DNA of 64,000 nucleotides from Eledone cirrhosa (Eukaryota), in contig OZ024754.1 of NCBI GenBank assembly GCA_964016885.1, forward strand, positions 12,648,001 through 12,712,000. The letters run 5' to 3'. The notes under the pieces were generated by a model. It did no database searches and was not told the origin of the DNA. It worked only from the letters and a program-made list of their open reading frames with translations. Shown piece after piece: positions 13,898 through 26,491 of the stretch. How positions within the stretch are numbered: the first letter of the stretch is position 1; each line of letters starts with the position of its first letter. The position numbers and the translations under genes are program-made.

Positions 13898-13926
<29 letters not shown>

Positions 13927-14550
13927 GTTTACTCGAGAGAAGACTACGTTGGTATGGTCACGTGATGCGCATGAAAGACGACAGCTGTATAAAAAAGTGC
14001 AGGGTGATAAAAATAGACGGTAGCCACGGAGTAGGCAGACCCAGAAAAACCTGGGACGAGCTGATAAATTCCGACCTCACACACTTACACCTCTCCAAGA
14101 CAATGTCACTGGACCGAGATCTTTGGCGCTACACAGTAATAGAGAAGACCCGCCTTACCTAAGTACAAAGTGAAACCTACTACAGTCAGTAGGCACCTCT
14201 TAACAAAAACACACCCCGTCCCACTACCCCCACCCCATCCACACCACCCCTTTCAATGTAAAGTTATGTTGGTACCACAACATCGAGCCCAAAACAAATG
14301 AGGTCGTGTAGGTGTCACGACAAAAAAACACACAGTCCACGTTGTGATGTGGCCGTGTAGGTAACACAGTAAAAACCTCCCAGTTCCACACAGCAAATGT
14401 GGTTGGTGTTAGGAAGGGCATCCAGCCGTAGAAAACCCGCCAGACAGTCCTATGCGAGCAAGACAACCACTCTTGCCTCAAGTGGGAAAGCTCCCGTCCA
14501 AACCCATGCAAGCGTGGAATATGGACGTTAAACGATGATGATGACGATAA

Positions 14551-14552
<2 letters not shown>
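13927..14552 (+). mobile_element. RTE LINE 3' fragment (C-terminus plus 3' UTR)
   Basis: RRLRWYGHVMRM...GRPRKTW motif typical of the RTE C-terminus; (ATG)n tail. Confidence 0.9.
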
Positions 14553-14593
<41 letters not shown>

Positions 14594-14735
14594 CATATGT
14601 ATATACATATATATATACATATGATTCCAGTTCCTCAGTGAAATAACAACCCAACCAGGAACTGGGCATATCAGAGTATTGACAAAATTATACACCTCAA
14701 CAACATATGTACTCGTCTCTACCACACTAATTCGG

Positions 14736-14790
14736 ACTGCCTGAAGAGATCACAGCCAAAGATGGCTGTCACCGAAATATATATAGCAGT
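14736..14790 (+). ncRNA. Type I hammerhead ribozyme motif (within repeat 14620-14850; second copy 33270-33530)
   Basis: actgc CTGAAGA gatcacagcca aaga tggctgtcacc GAAA tatata TA gcagt then AATAAA; perfect stem I. Confidence 0.9.
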
Positions 14791-14859
14791 AATAAACGAA
14801 GCTAAATTTTAAACATTTGACTTATTTATTTTACTTTACTTTATTTTAATTTATATTTA

Positions 14860-14900
<41 letters not shown>

Positions 14901-14906
<6 letters not shown>

Positions 14907-15299
14907 AGACCTCCTTGTATAGATAAGAAATGTATAATCTGTAAATTAAGCCCCCATATTAACTGTAAAACTAGAAATGCAGTATACAGCATAAGATGTA
15001 CTGAAGGACAATGTAGAGATAAAAATATAGTGTACATAGGTGAGACAGCTCGTAGTATAGGGGAACGAATAAATGAACACTGCCGAGACCTTCAAGATAG
15101 TAAAGAATCATCTGTACTCTACCAACATGCTAAAATAGAACATAAGGGTAAATTAGAGAACATAGAAATAAAAATAGAATCTACACACAGAAAAGACGCA
15201 ATGTTTAGACAAATCACAGAGGCAATAAACATAAATGAACTCCAACCAAAATTAAATAGAAAACACGAGTGGAACAGCATCATCACAACTTACAATTAA
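14901..15299 (+). pseudogene. 5'-truncated Penelope-like element ORF: Cys-rich linker plus C-terminal GIY-YIG endonuclease
   Basis: Open frame from the TA tract: IQRPPCIDKKCIICKL...CKTRNAVYSIRC..QC...VYIGETARSIGERINEH...QHAKIEH...RQITEAINI...PKLN. Confidence 0.88.
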
Positions 15300-15493
15300 G
15301 GATAAAATGAAAACACACACGCACCTAGAACAAACAACCAACCAGTAACATGTAAATAAACAAATAAGTAAACGAATATAAACACACACAGACACCCGGA
15401 TGTAACACATGCGCAAACTAAACACACAACACACAAACAAGATGGCATAAGACAGAACAAAGGAGAAGCACAAAAACAAAGAAAAGAATCCCC

Positions 15494-15538
15494 TGTCACT
15501 GAAGAGGTCACAGAATGTGTGACGAAAGAAGTTTGACA
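15494..15538 (+). ncRNA. Minimal hammerhead motif in the PLE 3' UTR
   Basis: tgtca CTGAAGA ggtcaca gaatg tgtgac GAAA gaag TT tgaca, about 200 nt after the GIY-YIG stop. Confidence 0.78.
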
Positions 15539-15585
15539 ATATATATATAAACAATCATTATATATATATATATATATATATATAT

Positions 15586-15874
15586 GGAGGCACATGGCTT
15601 AGTGGTTAGAGCATTGGTTAGAGCAAGACACTTTATTTCACATTGCTCCAGTTTACTCAGCTGTAGAAATGAGATGATAGGGACTGGGGTCCATAACATT
15701 CCACTGCAAAGTGGTCGTGGAGGTGCCACGGCAAAAAAGCACCCACCCACTCACTGTTTAATGAGGTTGGTGTTAGGAAGGGCATCCAGCTGTATAAATC
15801 AAGCCAGAATCAGTTCCCGTCCCACCCTTGCAAGCAGGGAAAAAGCGGACGTGAAATGAAATGATGAAATGATG

Positions 15875-15875
<1 letters not shown>
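15586..15875 (+). mobile_element. SINE group A with a head deletion
   Basis: Group A consensus. Confidence 0.85.
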
Positions 15876-15951
<76 letters not shown>

Positions 15952-16075
15952 AATATATATATATATCACTTGAGGGCGAGTGGCTAAAGTGGAAGATGCT
16001 AGATGATCGGTCGTCGTTGGCTCTATGATTTTCAGCCCCATGAATTTTATCTGTTACATTCATTTATTATATTTC

Positions 16076-16137
16076 GAATACCTGATGATATCACTGGATT
16101 CATACGGAACCCGGTCATTGAAATGATCATAGTATAA
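16076..16137 (+). ncRNA. Type I hammerhead motif, same core region as 10306-10367
   Basis: CTGATGA 16082, GAAA 16120, tgatca TA gtat. Confidence 0.8.
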
Positions 16138-16410
16138 TAAACCTTTCAAGGATTAACACAAGTTCAGCCTCCTGTTATTTTATTATAATAATTAACTCCG
16201 TACTCGCACCACCAACTACACAAACGAAGACGGTTGAACTGCTTTACGTTGAGTACTCTCCATATTATTACATCAAGATTGACCATACGGAATGACCAAT
16301 TCTATCCAGTGGTGAACCTTCAAACCTAAATAAATATATCACATATATATATATATATATATATCACACACACACAAATACATATATATATATCACATAT
16401 ATATATATAT

Positions 16411-16441
<31 letters not shown>

Positions 16442-16607
16442 CATACATATATATATCATACATATATATATATATATCACATATATATATATATAAATAT
16501 TCATATATACACATACATACACATACATATATATATATATATCACATATATATATATATAAATATTCATATATACACATACATACACATACATATATATA
16601 CACATGT

Positions 16608-16856
16608 ATCATCATCATCATCATCATTTTCATTTAACATCCATTTTCCACACTAGCATGGGTTAGACAGGTTGTCCCATTAGAGTCATGTCAGGTGACC
16701 ATGTCTTGCTCATACAGAACTGTTTCTGCCTTGGTTTCTATGGTTGGATGCCCTTCCTAACGCCAACCACATTTACTGTGTGTGCTGGGTGCTTTTTGTC
16801 ATGACTCCTACATGACTACTTTACAGTGTGGGCAAGGCGCTTTCTGTTGTGACACC
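16608..16856 (-). mobile_element. RTE 3' UTR / SINE tail fragment (similar fragments 5620-5820, 11705-11805, 20468-20590, 30830-31020, 53297-53450)
   Basis: ggatgcccttcctaac and ctagcatgggttagac motifs with (CAT)n. Confidence 0.7.
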
Positions 16857-16932
16857 ATATATATATATGAAAACTAATTCCGTCAGAAAGGTACAGGAAA
16901 AAAGAGTGCTCTATCTAGGCTACAGAGCTTAT

Positions 16933-17155
16933 TAGTTATGTAATAAACAACATAAGATAATTATTTCATTTACCAGTGGTTTCTTGAAAGCAGATATATC
17001 TGTTTTCAGTCTTCAGAATGAATAAAACATGGTGTTTTTATAGAACATAAAAACACCATGTTTTATTCATTCTGACGACTGAAAACAGGTATATATGCTT
17101 TCAAGAAACCACTGGTAAATGAAATAATTATTTTATGTTGTTTATTACATAACTA
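16933..17155. ncRNA. 223-bp palindrome holding two intact divergent hammerhead motifs (-16965-17022, +17066-17123)
   Basis: ttcatt CTGA(C/A)GA ctgaaaacag...ctttcaa GAAA ccactgg TA aatgaa; 5-nt spacer agaac. Confidence 0.88.
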
Positions 17156-17170
17156 TATATATATATATAT

Positions 17171-17524
17171 GATGGCTGCTCCTTCGTTATCGAGTATGGC
17201 CATTGCACGATATATCATTATTAATAATCGGTAGAAGGTTGGACGCCATGCTTTCTAGCATAGTTACGTCCCTTTACGATCTGAGTTCAAATCCCGCTGA
17301 GGTTGACTTTGCCTTTCATCCTTACGGGGTCGATAAAATAAAGTACCAGTAATGCACTGGGTAATTGCTGGCCTTGTGCCAAAAATAGAAACAATTATTA
17401 ATAATTATTAATTAATTCTATCGTGAAGATAGTTTTTAAAGTGAGGAAAGACTGTGCACTGAGCCAATCCCACTCTCTGAGCGACAGTAGCTATAACCTG
17501 AAAAGAAGAAAAGATCAACATCAT
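17171..17524. mobile_element. Dispersed repeat (second copy 24745-24921, opposite strand) interrupted by a SINE group B copy (17230-17400, +)
   Basis: Reverse-complement match across the SINE insertion. Confidence 0.7.
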
Positions 17525-17632
17525 ATATATATAAATATATAAACGTATATACACATATATATATAGATATACACATATATACCTATATACATGTATATAC
17601 ATATATCTGCATATATAGACATAGACACACAT

Positions 17633-17671
<39 letters not shown>

Positions 17672-18568
17672 CATCACACACACACATATATATATATACA
17701 CAATTTTATAAACAAAAATGAAATAAATTGCCAACAAGACACAAGATAAGAAACTAAAATGTCTACCACCACCTAACCCACCACCACTACCATACTCTCT
17801 ACCACCACCCCCACCCTCACCACCTAACCCACCCCACCACCACTACCATACTTCTACCACCACCTCTACCATAGTCTCTACCACCACCTCCCCCACCACC
17901 TCTACCATACTTCTACCACCACCTCTACCATAGTCTCTACCACCACCTCCCCCACCACCTCTACCATACTTCTACCACCACCTCTACCATACTTCTACCA
18001 CCACCTCTACCATACTTCTACCACCACCTCTACCATACTCTCTACCACCAGAAAACAATAAAAATGCAAATTACATATATATATATATATATATGTGTGA
18101 GTGCGCGCGCGCGGGCGTGTGTGTGCATGTGTATTCGTGTGAGTGAGTGTTTGTGTGTGTGTGTGTTCGTGTGTGTGTGTGTGTGTGTGCATGTGTGCGC
18201 GTGTGTGTGTGAGTGAGCGTGTGCGTGTGTTTGTGTGTGTTTGTGCGTGTGTTTGTGTGTGTGCGTGTGTGTGTTTATACCACGAATCCAAAGAAAAACA
18301 TTAGATAACAATAAAAATGGACAGAAGATTAACAACAACAACAAATATAACAACAACGATAACAACAACAACAACAACAACGGCAACAACAACGTTAACA
18401 AGAGCTGTAATAAGATTAATAAGATATATAACAACAACAACATTAACAACAACAATTACAACAACAACAACTATAAGTGAACAATTGAGAAATTTAATTG
18501 AATATTACAATTTACTGTAAAATATTGTTTTTATTGAAATTATATTTTCTTGTTTATATTATAGCTGA

Positions 18569-20008
18569 GTGGTGGTGGTGTGGTGGTGGTGGTGATGTGG
18601 TGGTGGTGGTTATGTTGGTGGTGGTGGTGTGGTGGTGGTGGTGATGTGGTGGTGGTGGTTATGTTGGTGGTGGTGGTGATGTGGTGGTGGTGGTGGTGGT
18701 GGCGGTGGTGATGTGGTCGTGGTGGTAGTGGTGTTGTGGTGGTGGTGTGGTGGTGGTGGTGATGGTGGTGGTGGTGGTGGTGGTGGTGGTGGTAGTGGTG
18801 GTAGTGGTGGTGGTGGTGGTGTGGTGGTGGTGGTGCTGGTGGTGGTGGTGGTGGTGGTGGTGGTGGTGGTGGTGGTGGTGGTGGTGGTGGTGGTGGTAGT
18901 GGCGGTGGTGGTGGTGGTGGTGGTGGTGGTAGTAGTGGTGGTGGTGGTGGTGGTGGTGGTGGTGGTAGTGGTGGTGGTGGTGGTGGTGGTGGTGGTATTG
19001 GTGGTGGTGGTGGTAGTGGTGGTGGTGGTGGTGGTGGTGGTGGTGGTGTGGTGGTGGTGGTGGTGGTGGTCGTGGTAGTGGTGGTGGTGGTGGTGGTGGT
19101 GGTGGTGGTGGTGGTGGTGGTGGTGGTGGTGGGTGTGGTGGTGGTGGTGGTGGTGGTGGTGGTGGTGGTGGTAGTGGCGGTGGTGGTGGTAGTGGTAGTG
19201 GTGGTGGTGGTGGTGGTGGTGGTAGTAGTGGTGGTGGTGGTGGTGGTGGTGGTGGTGGTGGTGGTGGTAGTGGTGGTGGTGGTGGTGGCGGTAGTAGTGG
19301 CGGTGGTGGTGGTAGTGGTAGTGGTGGTGGTGGTGGTGGTGGTGGTAGTAGTGGTGGTGGTGGTGGTGGTGGTGGTGGTGGTGGTGGTGGTAGTGGTGGT
19401 GGTGGTGGTGGTGGTGGTGGCGGTAGTGTGGTGGTGGTGGTGGTAGTGGCGGTGGTGGTGGTGGTGGTGGTGGTAGTGGTGGTGGTGGTGGTGGTGGTGG
19501 TGGTGGTGGTGGTAGTGGTGGTGGTGGTAGTGGTGGTGGTGGTGGTGGTGGTGGTGGTGATGGTGGTGTGGTGGTAGTGGTGGTGGTGGTGGTGGTGGTG
19601 GTGGTGGTAGTGGTGGTGGTGGTGGTGTGGTGGTGGTGGTGGTGGTGGTGGTAGTGGCGGTGGTGGTGGTGGTGGTGGTGGTGGTGGTGTGGTGTGGTGG
19701 TGGTGGTGGTGGTGGTGGTGGTGGTGGTGGTAGTGGTGGTGGTGGTGGTGGTGGTGGTGGCGGTGGTGATGTGGTGGTGGTGGTAGTGGTGTTGTGGTGG
19801 TGGTGATGTGGTGGTGGTGGTGGTGGTAGTATGGTGGTGGTGGTAGTGTGGTGGTGGTGTTGTTGATGGTGGCGACAGTGGTGGTGGTGGTGCTGGTGTG
19901 GTGGTGGTGGTGTGGTGGTGGTGTGGTGGTGATGTGGTGGTGATGTGGTGGTGGTGGTGGTGGTGTGGTGGTAGTGGTAGTGATCGTGATGTGGTGGTGG
20001 TGGTGGTG
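18569..20008. repeat. (TGG)n array, about 1.4 kb
   Basis: Seen directly; source of the poly-H/P/T ORFs. Confidence 0.97.
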
Positions 20009-20242
20009 TATATACACATGTAATCCAATATATTGGTTAACTCCAGGCTATACTAGAAGACACTAAAAAATTATTGTGATAATCATATCTTTAACATTTG
20101 TCAACTTCACATTGTGGTGGCCATCAAACAAAACATTCTAGGCACTTTACACAATACTTTAAACAAGCTACAACATCGCTTAAAAACAAGATGGCGTAGG
20201 ACAGAACAAAGGAGAAGCACAAAACAAAAAAAAGAATCCCAA

Positions 20243-20285
20243 GTCACTGATGAGGTCACAGAATGTGTGACGAAAGAACTTTGAC
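20243..20285 (+). ncRNA. Minimal hammerhead motif, same family as 15494-15538
   Basis: gtca CTGATGA ggtcaca gaatg tgtgac GAAA gaac TT tgac; upstream aacaagatggc...gaatccc shared with the PLE 3' UTR. Confidence 0.8.
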
Positions 20286-20433
20286 AATATATGAACAACC
20301 GTCCGGTTATGGACCCAACCAACCAACTGGAAATTTATAAATTCTTAAATTTATAAATTTAATTTATAATAAATTAGAATGAAAGCAACTGGTGCATGTG
20401 TTTCTTATTGGCAACATGACCCTCCCAAAGCAT

Positions 20434-20466
<33 letters not shown>

Positions 20467-20700
20467 ACCCGCCAGACAGTCCTATGCGAGCAAGACAACC
20501 ACTCTTGCCTCAAGTGGGAAAACCCCCGTCCAAACCCATGCAAGCGTGGAACACGGACGCTAAACCTGATGATGATGATGATGATGATGATATATATATA
20601 GATATATAAATATATATATATTATATTTTATAGTTCAAGGAGACAGCAAACAGAGGTTCAAAAAGTCTTATTAGTTTCATGTTACATATCTATCAATCTA

Positions 20701-20740
<40 letters not shown>

Positions 20741-20747
20741 GTGCATG

Positions 20748-20784
<37 letters not shown>

Positions 20785-20923
20785 TTATATTATATATAAG
20801 AGGATAACTGAAACCGGAAAAATCCACTTGTGTTTTAAGAAGATGCGTTGAAGCTCAATATGTAGAAATAAAAGGTTTTAACTGAGTAAAGACACCGGTT
20901 ATTCCTTCTCAATTGTGTGTGTG

Positions 20924-20977
<54 letters not shown>

Positions 20978-21629
20978 CTGAGAAAGAGAAAGTATTTTCC
21001 TAAGCTGCTTTTTAATATGAGAGGTTGTACCGACAAATGTCTAAATTCAGTTTGTCAGAGGAACTTAACAGAAACACTTTATGCTTTACAATGAAAGGAG
21101 ATGACAAGAGATGTTTGTTGTAGAGACATTAGACTGAAAGTTCAGATATGGAAGCTAAGTGGACATGTTAAAGTTATCTAAAGACATAACAGCTTAATTC
21201 AGCAACTAGATTCTTTCCAACAATTTTTTCTTTGTAATAATATCATTATCAACTTTCCATTCCCTTTATCTGTTTCCTTTCTGTTGCAACTGTTAAGAAG
21301 CTTTTAACATTTTACATTTGACTGTGAGTAAATATTGGACTTTGGGATTCTTTAAATGAGTGGCTGAAGAGGAATACTGTTCCACTGTTTGATTTGATTT
21401 GATTGAGAAATCTAGTTGATTGACTGGACAGACAGAGTATGCAGTTATTGATTGGACGTACACAGCCTTGGCCATAAACAGGATGAGTATATAGATAGTT
21501 AGTACTATGTTGAGAGGACTCATCTAATCGATGGATGTTGACTGGACACATGCAAAATATAGATGATGACTGCATACATACAGATTGTAGATATTAATTG
21601 GATACATAAATTGTCTAGATAGTAGTCGT

Positions 21630-22945
21630 GGTGTGTAGATTGTGACTAGATAGACAGCGTGTAGTTAGTAACTACTATAGACAGTGTGTAGATTGTGACT
21701 GGATAGACAGTGTGTAGTTAGTAACTATATAGATAGTGTGTAGTTAGTAACTACTATAGACAGTGTGTAGATTGTGACTGGATAGACAGTGTGTGTAGAT
21801 AGTAACTATATAGACAGTGTGTAGATAGTAACTATAGAGACAGTGTGTTGTATAGATAGCAACTATATAGACAGTGTGTAGATAGTAACTATATAGATAG
21901 TGTGTAGATTGTGACTAGATAGACAGTGTGTAGATAGTAACTAGATAGATAGTGTGTAGATAGTAACTAGATAGTGTGTAGATAGTAACTAGATAGACAG
22001 TGTGTAGAAAGTACCCAGATAGACAGTGTGTAGAAAGTACCTAGATAGACAGTGTGTAGAAAGTACCTAGATAGACAGTGTGTAGATAGTATCTACACAC
22101 TATCTATCTAGTTACTATCTACACACTGTCTATATAGTTACTATCTACACACTGTCTATATAGTTACTATTTACTCACTATCTATCTAGTTACTATCTAC
22201 ACACTATCTATATAGTTACTATCAACACACTGTCTCTATAGTTACTATCTACACACTATCTATATAGTTACTATCTACACACTATCTATATAGTTACTAT
22301 CTACACACTGTCTATATAGTTACTATCTACACACTGTCTATATAGTTACTATTTACACACTGTCTATATAGTTACTATCTACACACTATCTATATAGTTA
22401 CTATCTACACACTGTCTCTATAGTTACTATCTACACACTGTCTATGTAGTTACTAACTAGATAGACAGTGTGTAGATAGTAACTAGATATAGACAGTGTG
22501 TAGATAGTAACTAGATAGACAGTGTGTAGATAGTAACTAGATAGATAGACAGTGTGTAGATAGTAACTAGATAGACAGTGTGTAGATAGTACCTAGATAG
22601 TGTGTGGTTAGTAACTAGATAGACAGTGTGTAGATAGTAACTAGATATAGACAGTGTGTAGATAGTAACTAGATAGACAGTGTGTAGATAGTAACTAGAT
22701 AGATAGTGTGTAGATAGTAACTAGATAGACAGTGTGTGGTTAATAACTAGATAGACAGTGTGTAGATAGTAACTAGATATAGACAGTGTGTAGATAGTAC
22801 CTAGATAGACAGTGTGTAGACAGTAACTAGATAGACACAGTGTGTAGATAGTAACTATATAGACACAGTGTGTAGACAGTAACTAGATAGACACAGTGTG
22901 TAGATAGTAACTAGATAGACAGAGTGTGTAGATAGTACCTAGATG
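21630..22945. repeat. ~24-bp minisatellite (ATAGACAGTGTGTAGATAGTAACT-like) with an internal inverted block 22090-22452
   Basis: Unit orientation flips at 22089 and back at 22453. Confidence 0.92.
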
Positions 22946-23181
22946 TTGACTGGATAGATGTATGTGGTGGCAGTATAGGCAGAATATGTAAATATTGTTG
23001 ACATAGACACAGTTTCTGTTCTTGTTAGCAAGAGCTGGACAGATCTTCTTAAACCTACTCTCAGATGGGCTGGTACTACATCTAGCTTACATATGTTCAA
23101 ACTGTCAGTAACCGGCCACTCATACTGATGCTAAGGTATTGTTCTCAAAATAAATAATATCAAAATCTCATAGATTCGATA

Positions 23182-23607
23182 TTATGTGAGGCAAAGCCTT
23201 TACTGTGAAAATATAATAGTAAATATAGAGTAATGTAAATGTTATGTGAGATAATTATGTGAGGTAAAGCCTTTACCATGAAAATACAATAGTAAATATA
23301 GAGTAATGTAAATGTTATGTGAGAAAATTATGTGAGGTAAAGCCTTTACCATGAAAATACAATAGTAAATATAGAGTAATGTAAATGTTATGTGAGAAAA
23401 TTATGTGAGGTAAAGTCTTTACTGTGAAAATATAATAGTATATATAGAGTAATGTGAATGTTATGTGAGATAATTATGTGAGGTAAAGTCTTTACTGTGA
23501 AAATATAATAGTATATATAGAGTAATGTGAATGTTATGTGAGATAATTATGTGAAGTAAAGTCTTTACTGTGAAAATATAATAGTATATATAGAGTAATG
23601 TGAATGC
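23182..23607. repeat. 73-bp tandem repeat (about 6 units) inside a piggyBac-like MITE
   Basis: Unit starts 23242, 23315, 23388, 23461, 23534; followed by ctaaagggttaa. Confidence 0.9.
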
Positions 23608-24915
23608 TAAAGGGTTAACTATAACATTGCTAATTTTAAGTTTTCTCAATGAAAGTACATTTTGAGTTGTAATCAAATGGTTTTAAATGGTGATGTAGAA
23701 GTTGTTCCCATGTTTTAAATGGTATGTTATGATTTATGAAATCTAGCTGTTATTTCTAGCAGGCCTAGCAACCTCATAGAGATCTTCTTCTTGGTTCATT
23801 GTTGTTTTAGTTGCTTTTATTATTTCAACAGTTTTTTTTTCTTCTATTAATGTTATTGTTATTGTTGTTGCTGTTGTTGTTGTTGTTTCCAAATTACAAA
23901 GAGACCAACCAGAATTAACTAGCACACATTCTACACTCCCCCACTAATGCCACCACCACACCCCCTATTATACTCCCCCACTAATGCCACTACCACACCG
24001 CCACCATTACACCCTCTATTATACTCCCCACCACAACCCCTATTATACTCCCCCACCACACCCCCTATTATAGTCCCCCACTAATGCCACCACCACACCC
24101 CCTATTACATACCCCACTTATCCCCCCCCCCCCCACTCACTCCCATTCATTATAGTGCTGTCATAAATCATTGCTGATTTGTTTGAAAGATGAAGAAAAA
24201 GGGAAGGAAAATAAGAAAAAGAATAAGAAAAAAAAACGAGAAGAAGAAGAAGACTAGCTTGTCAAAAGCAAATCAAGTGGTACCATCATTTTCTATAGTA
24301 TTTTGCTTTAGACCTTATTGCTATCTATTGATGTTAACCATAAATATAGACCTCCTCAAGCCAAATAAACTATCCATCTATCTTCTCCAAGCATCAAACT
24401 TTTTCTCTTGTCTGCCATTTTGTTTCTGTATATTTTTGTTTAACTTCATATATATTTTCATGTTGTTTCTTTCACTTTAGTTATCACATCCATCAGAAAG
24501 CTTAATAATTCTTCACTTTGTGAGTTCTTATTTCTGTTTGCTGTGTTACATGAGTAATAATATTTTGGGGTTGATAGTGTAGTGGAGTTATGTAGCATAA
24601 TGTGTGTTGTGTAGTTTATGATGTGAGTTGTATAGTTCACTGGGAGTGAAGGACCCCTAGCCCTTGTCAGGGCATTCTTCTAGGAGAAGGCAACGCAGGA
24701 AATTAGGATAACTCTGACATAAAACCTGCGGCTCAGTAGTTACCGATGATGTTGATCTTTTTTTCTTTTCGGGATATAGCTACTGTCACTCAGAGAGTGG
24801 GATTGGCTCAGTGCACAGTCTTTCCTCACTTTAAAAAAATCTTCACATAGAATTAATTGATAATTATTAATAATGTTATATTGTGCAATGGCCATACTCG
24901 ATAACGAGGGGGCAT

Positions 24916-24952
<37 letters not shown>

Positions 24953-25045
24953 GTAGAACACTAGAAGGTAATATCCGTAGTGGTAGAGCACTCAGTCCAT
25001 GGGACGAGTTTGGTAGAAGTGGTTACACAACAGTTAGTTCACCAT

Positions 25046-25086
25046 ACTGAGAACAATTGTTTCACCTTAGCGGACCTTCAGCTCGT
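25046..25086 (-). ncRNA. Minimal hammerhead-like motif (A9 to G variant)
   Basis: Minus: gag CTGAAGG tccgctaaggt GAAA caattg TT ctc; TA-flanked island. Confidence 0.55.
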
Positions 25087-25129
25087 AATGGACATGGTTA
25101 TATATATATATACGTGTGTGTGTCTATGC

Positions 25130-25163
<34 letters not shown>

Positions 25164-25166
25164 CTA

Positions 25167-25211
<45 letters not shown>

Positions 25212-25231
25212 GGACTTCACCAGCTACTTCC

Positions 25232-25420
25232 TGTTTGTGCTAATTGCCATTGAGAACTCTGATGTCCTCAGGCTCTGAACTGCTATTTTCCTCCACAAAA
25301 TTAGGAGGGCTCTAGCCCTTTACAATTAATAAAGTGTTAGACTTCTCCCAATTTGGGGGAGGAAAATAGCAGTTAGGGGCTTGAGGACATCAAAGTTCTC
25401 AATGGCAATTAGCACAAACA
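25232..25420. repeat. Imperfect 189-bp inverted repeat
   Basis: tgtttgtgctaattgccattgagaact / agttctcaatggcaattagcacaaaca. Confidence 0.88.
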
Positions 25421-25610
25421 TTTTTAATAACCATATGTTAGGTTTTAGAATGGCTACACCATATATATCCTTGCATGTTGGTGAATAAAAAAAGGGTTGG
25501 TATCAAGAAGGGTCTCTAACCAATACTACAATAAAAAGTCTGGTTCAATTCATGCGTTTACTCTGGATGAAAATGTATCAACTTTTCACACCATTGAGTG
25601 CTTTGTGACT

Positions 25611-25749
25611 GCCTTAAACAATTTGATTAGTATCTGCTATTTTGTGGCTACAACTTTGATTTATACCCATTATTATAGGCAGTATTATAATGGGTATAAA
25701 TCAAAGTTGTAGCTGCAATATACCAGATACTAATCGAATTGTTTAAGGC
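25611..25749. repeat. Imperfect 139-bp inverted repeat
   Basis: gccttaaacaatt...tttgatttatacccattat / ataatgggtataaatcaaa...aattgtttaaggc. Confidence 0.88.
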
Positions 25750-25932
25750 TTGGCAGTATTGGTAGAGGGTCGGATGCCATGCTTTGACGCATAGAGTTAC
25801 AGCCCTTGCCATTCTGAGTTCAAATCCCACCGAAGTTAACTTTGCCTTTCATCCTTACGGGGTCGATAAAATAAAGTACCAGTAATGTACTGGGTAATTG
25901 CTGACCTTGTGCCAAAAGTAGAAACAATTATT
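25750..25932 (+). mobile_element. SINE group B
   Basis: tggcagtattggtagag...gagttcaaatccc...gtagaaacaattatta. Confidence 0.85.
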
Positions 25933-26083
25933 AATATATATATATATATATGTAGAAGTTCTATTTAAATTGTTGGGATACAACAAACAAATATTTTTAT
26001 AACTGATATAAAGCACTCAACAAATTATTGGAGTAAAAATACGATATATTAACAAATGGAAACTATATTTATAAAACCATATT

Positions 26084-26148
26084 TATTTCATTATACATAT
26101 TTCAAGGACACCAAGTTAAATTATGGTGTGCTTTCATCAGATAAAATA
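26084..26148 (-). ncRNA. Type I hammerhead ribozyme motif
   Basis: Minus: tattttat CTGATGA aagcacacca..tggtgtcctt GAAA tatgta TA atgaaata then AATAAA. Confidence 0.85.
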
Positions 26149-26407
26149 TAATATAGAGCAGTTTTATAAATAAATATTGACATACCCTTAAAGAATGCGA
26201 CCATTTCTGTTGGAAGCTCCCAGATAGTATGTATATATATATATATATATACACACATACATATCGAGCAGAGGTTCAACGAGCTTTTGATTCCAGAGCA
26301 GAGCCAGATCAATACAGGTCGAACCTTGAGCTGATCAATAGCAAAACGCGCGTCATCAATCAATAAACGTAATGAAGGCTTAACAAATCATCCTTGTATT
26401 ATTATAT

Positions 26408-26470
<63 letters not shown>

Positions 26471-26491
26471 TTGGAGCTCTGAAATAGCAAT

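Noticed and set aside
12147-20028. Poly-T/V/H/P and YI-repeat ORFs (also 29-32, 45-49 and 54-56 kb)
   Set aside because: Microsatellite translations
21364-21395. CTGAAGA followed by a ggaa/ttcc hairpin
   Set aside because: No GAAA or stem III follows; CTGATGA at about 127, 9890 (minus) and 31115 (minus) fail the same way
24640-24745. RTE 5' UTR-like motif ctaggagaagg...aactctga as an HDV-like ribozyme
   Set aside because: Resemblance from memory only; no complete double pseudoknot found
26285-26368. Degenerate hammerhead (ttgat...AAAAcgcgcgTCatcaa, AATAAA)
   Set aside because: Stem I and III look right but both core segments are mutated; probably a dead copy, not counted
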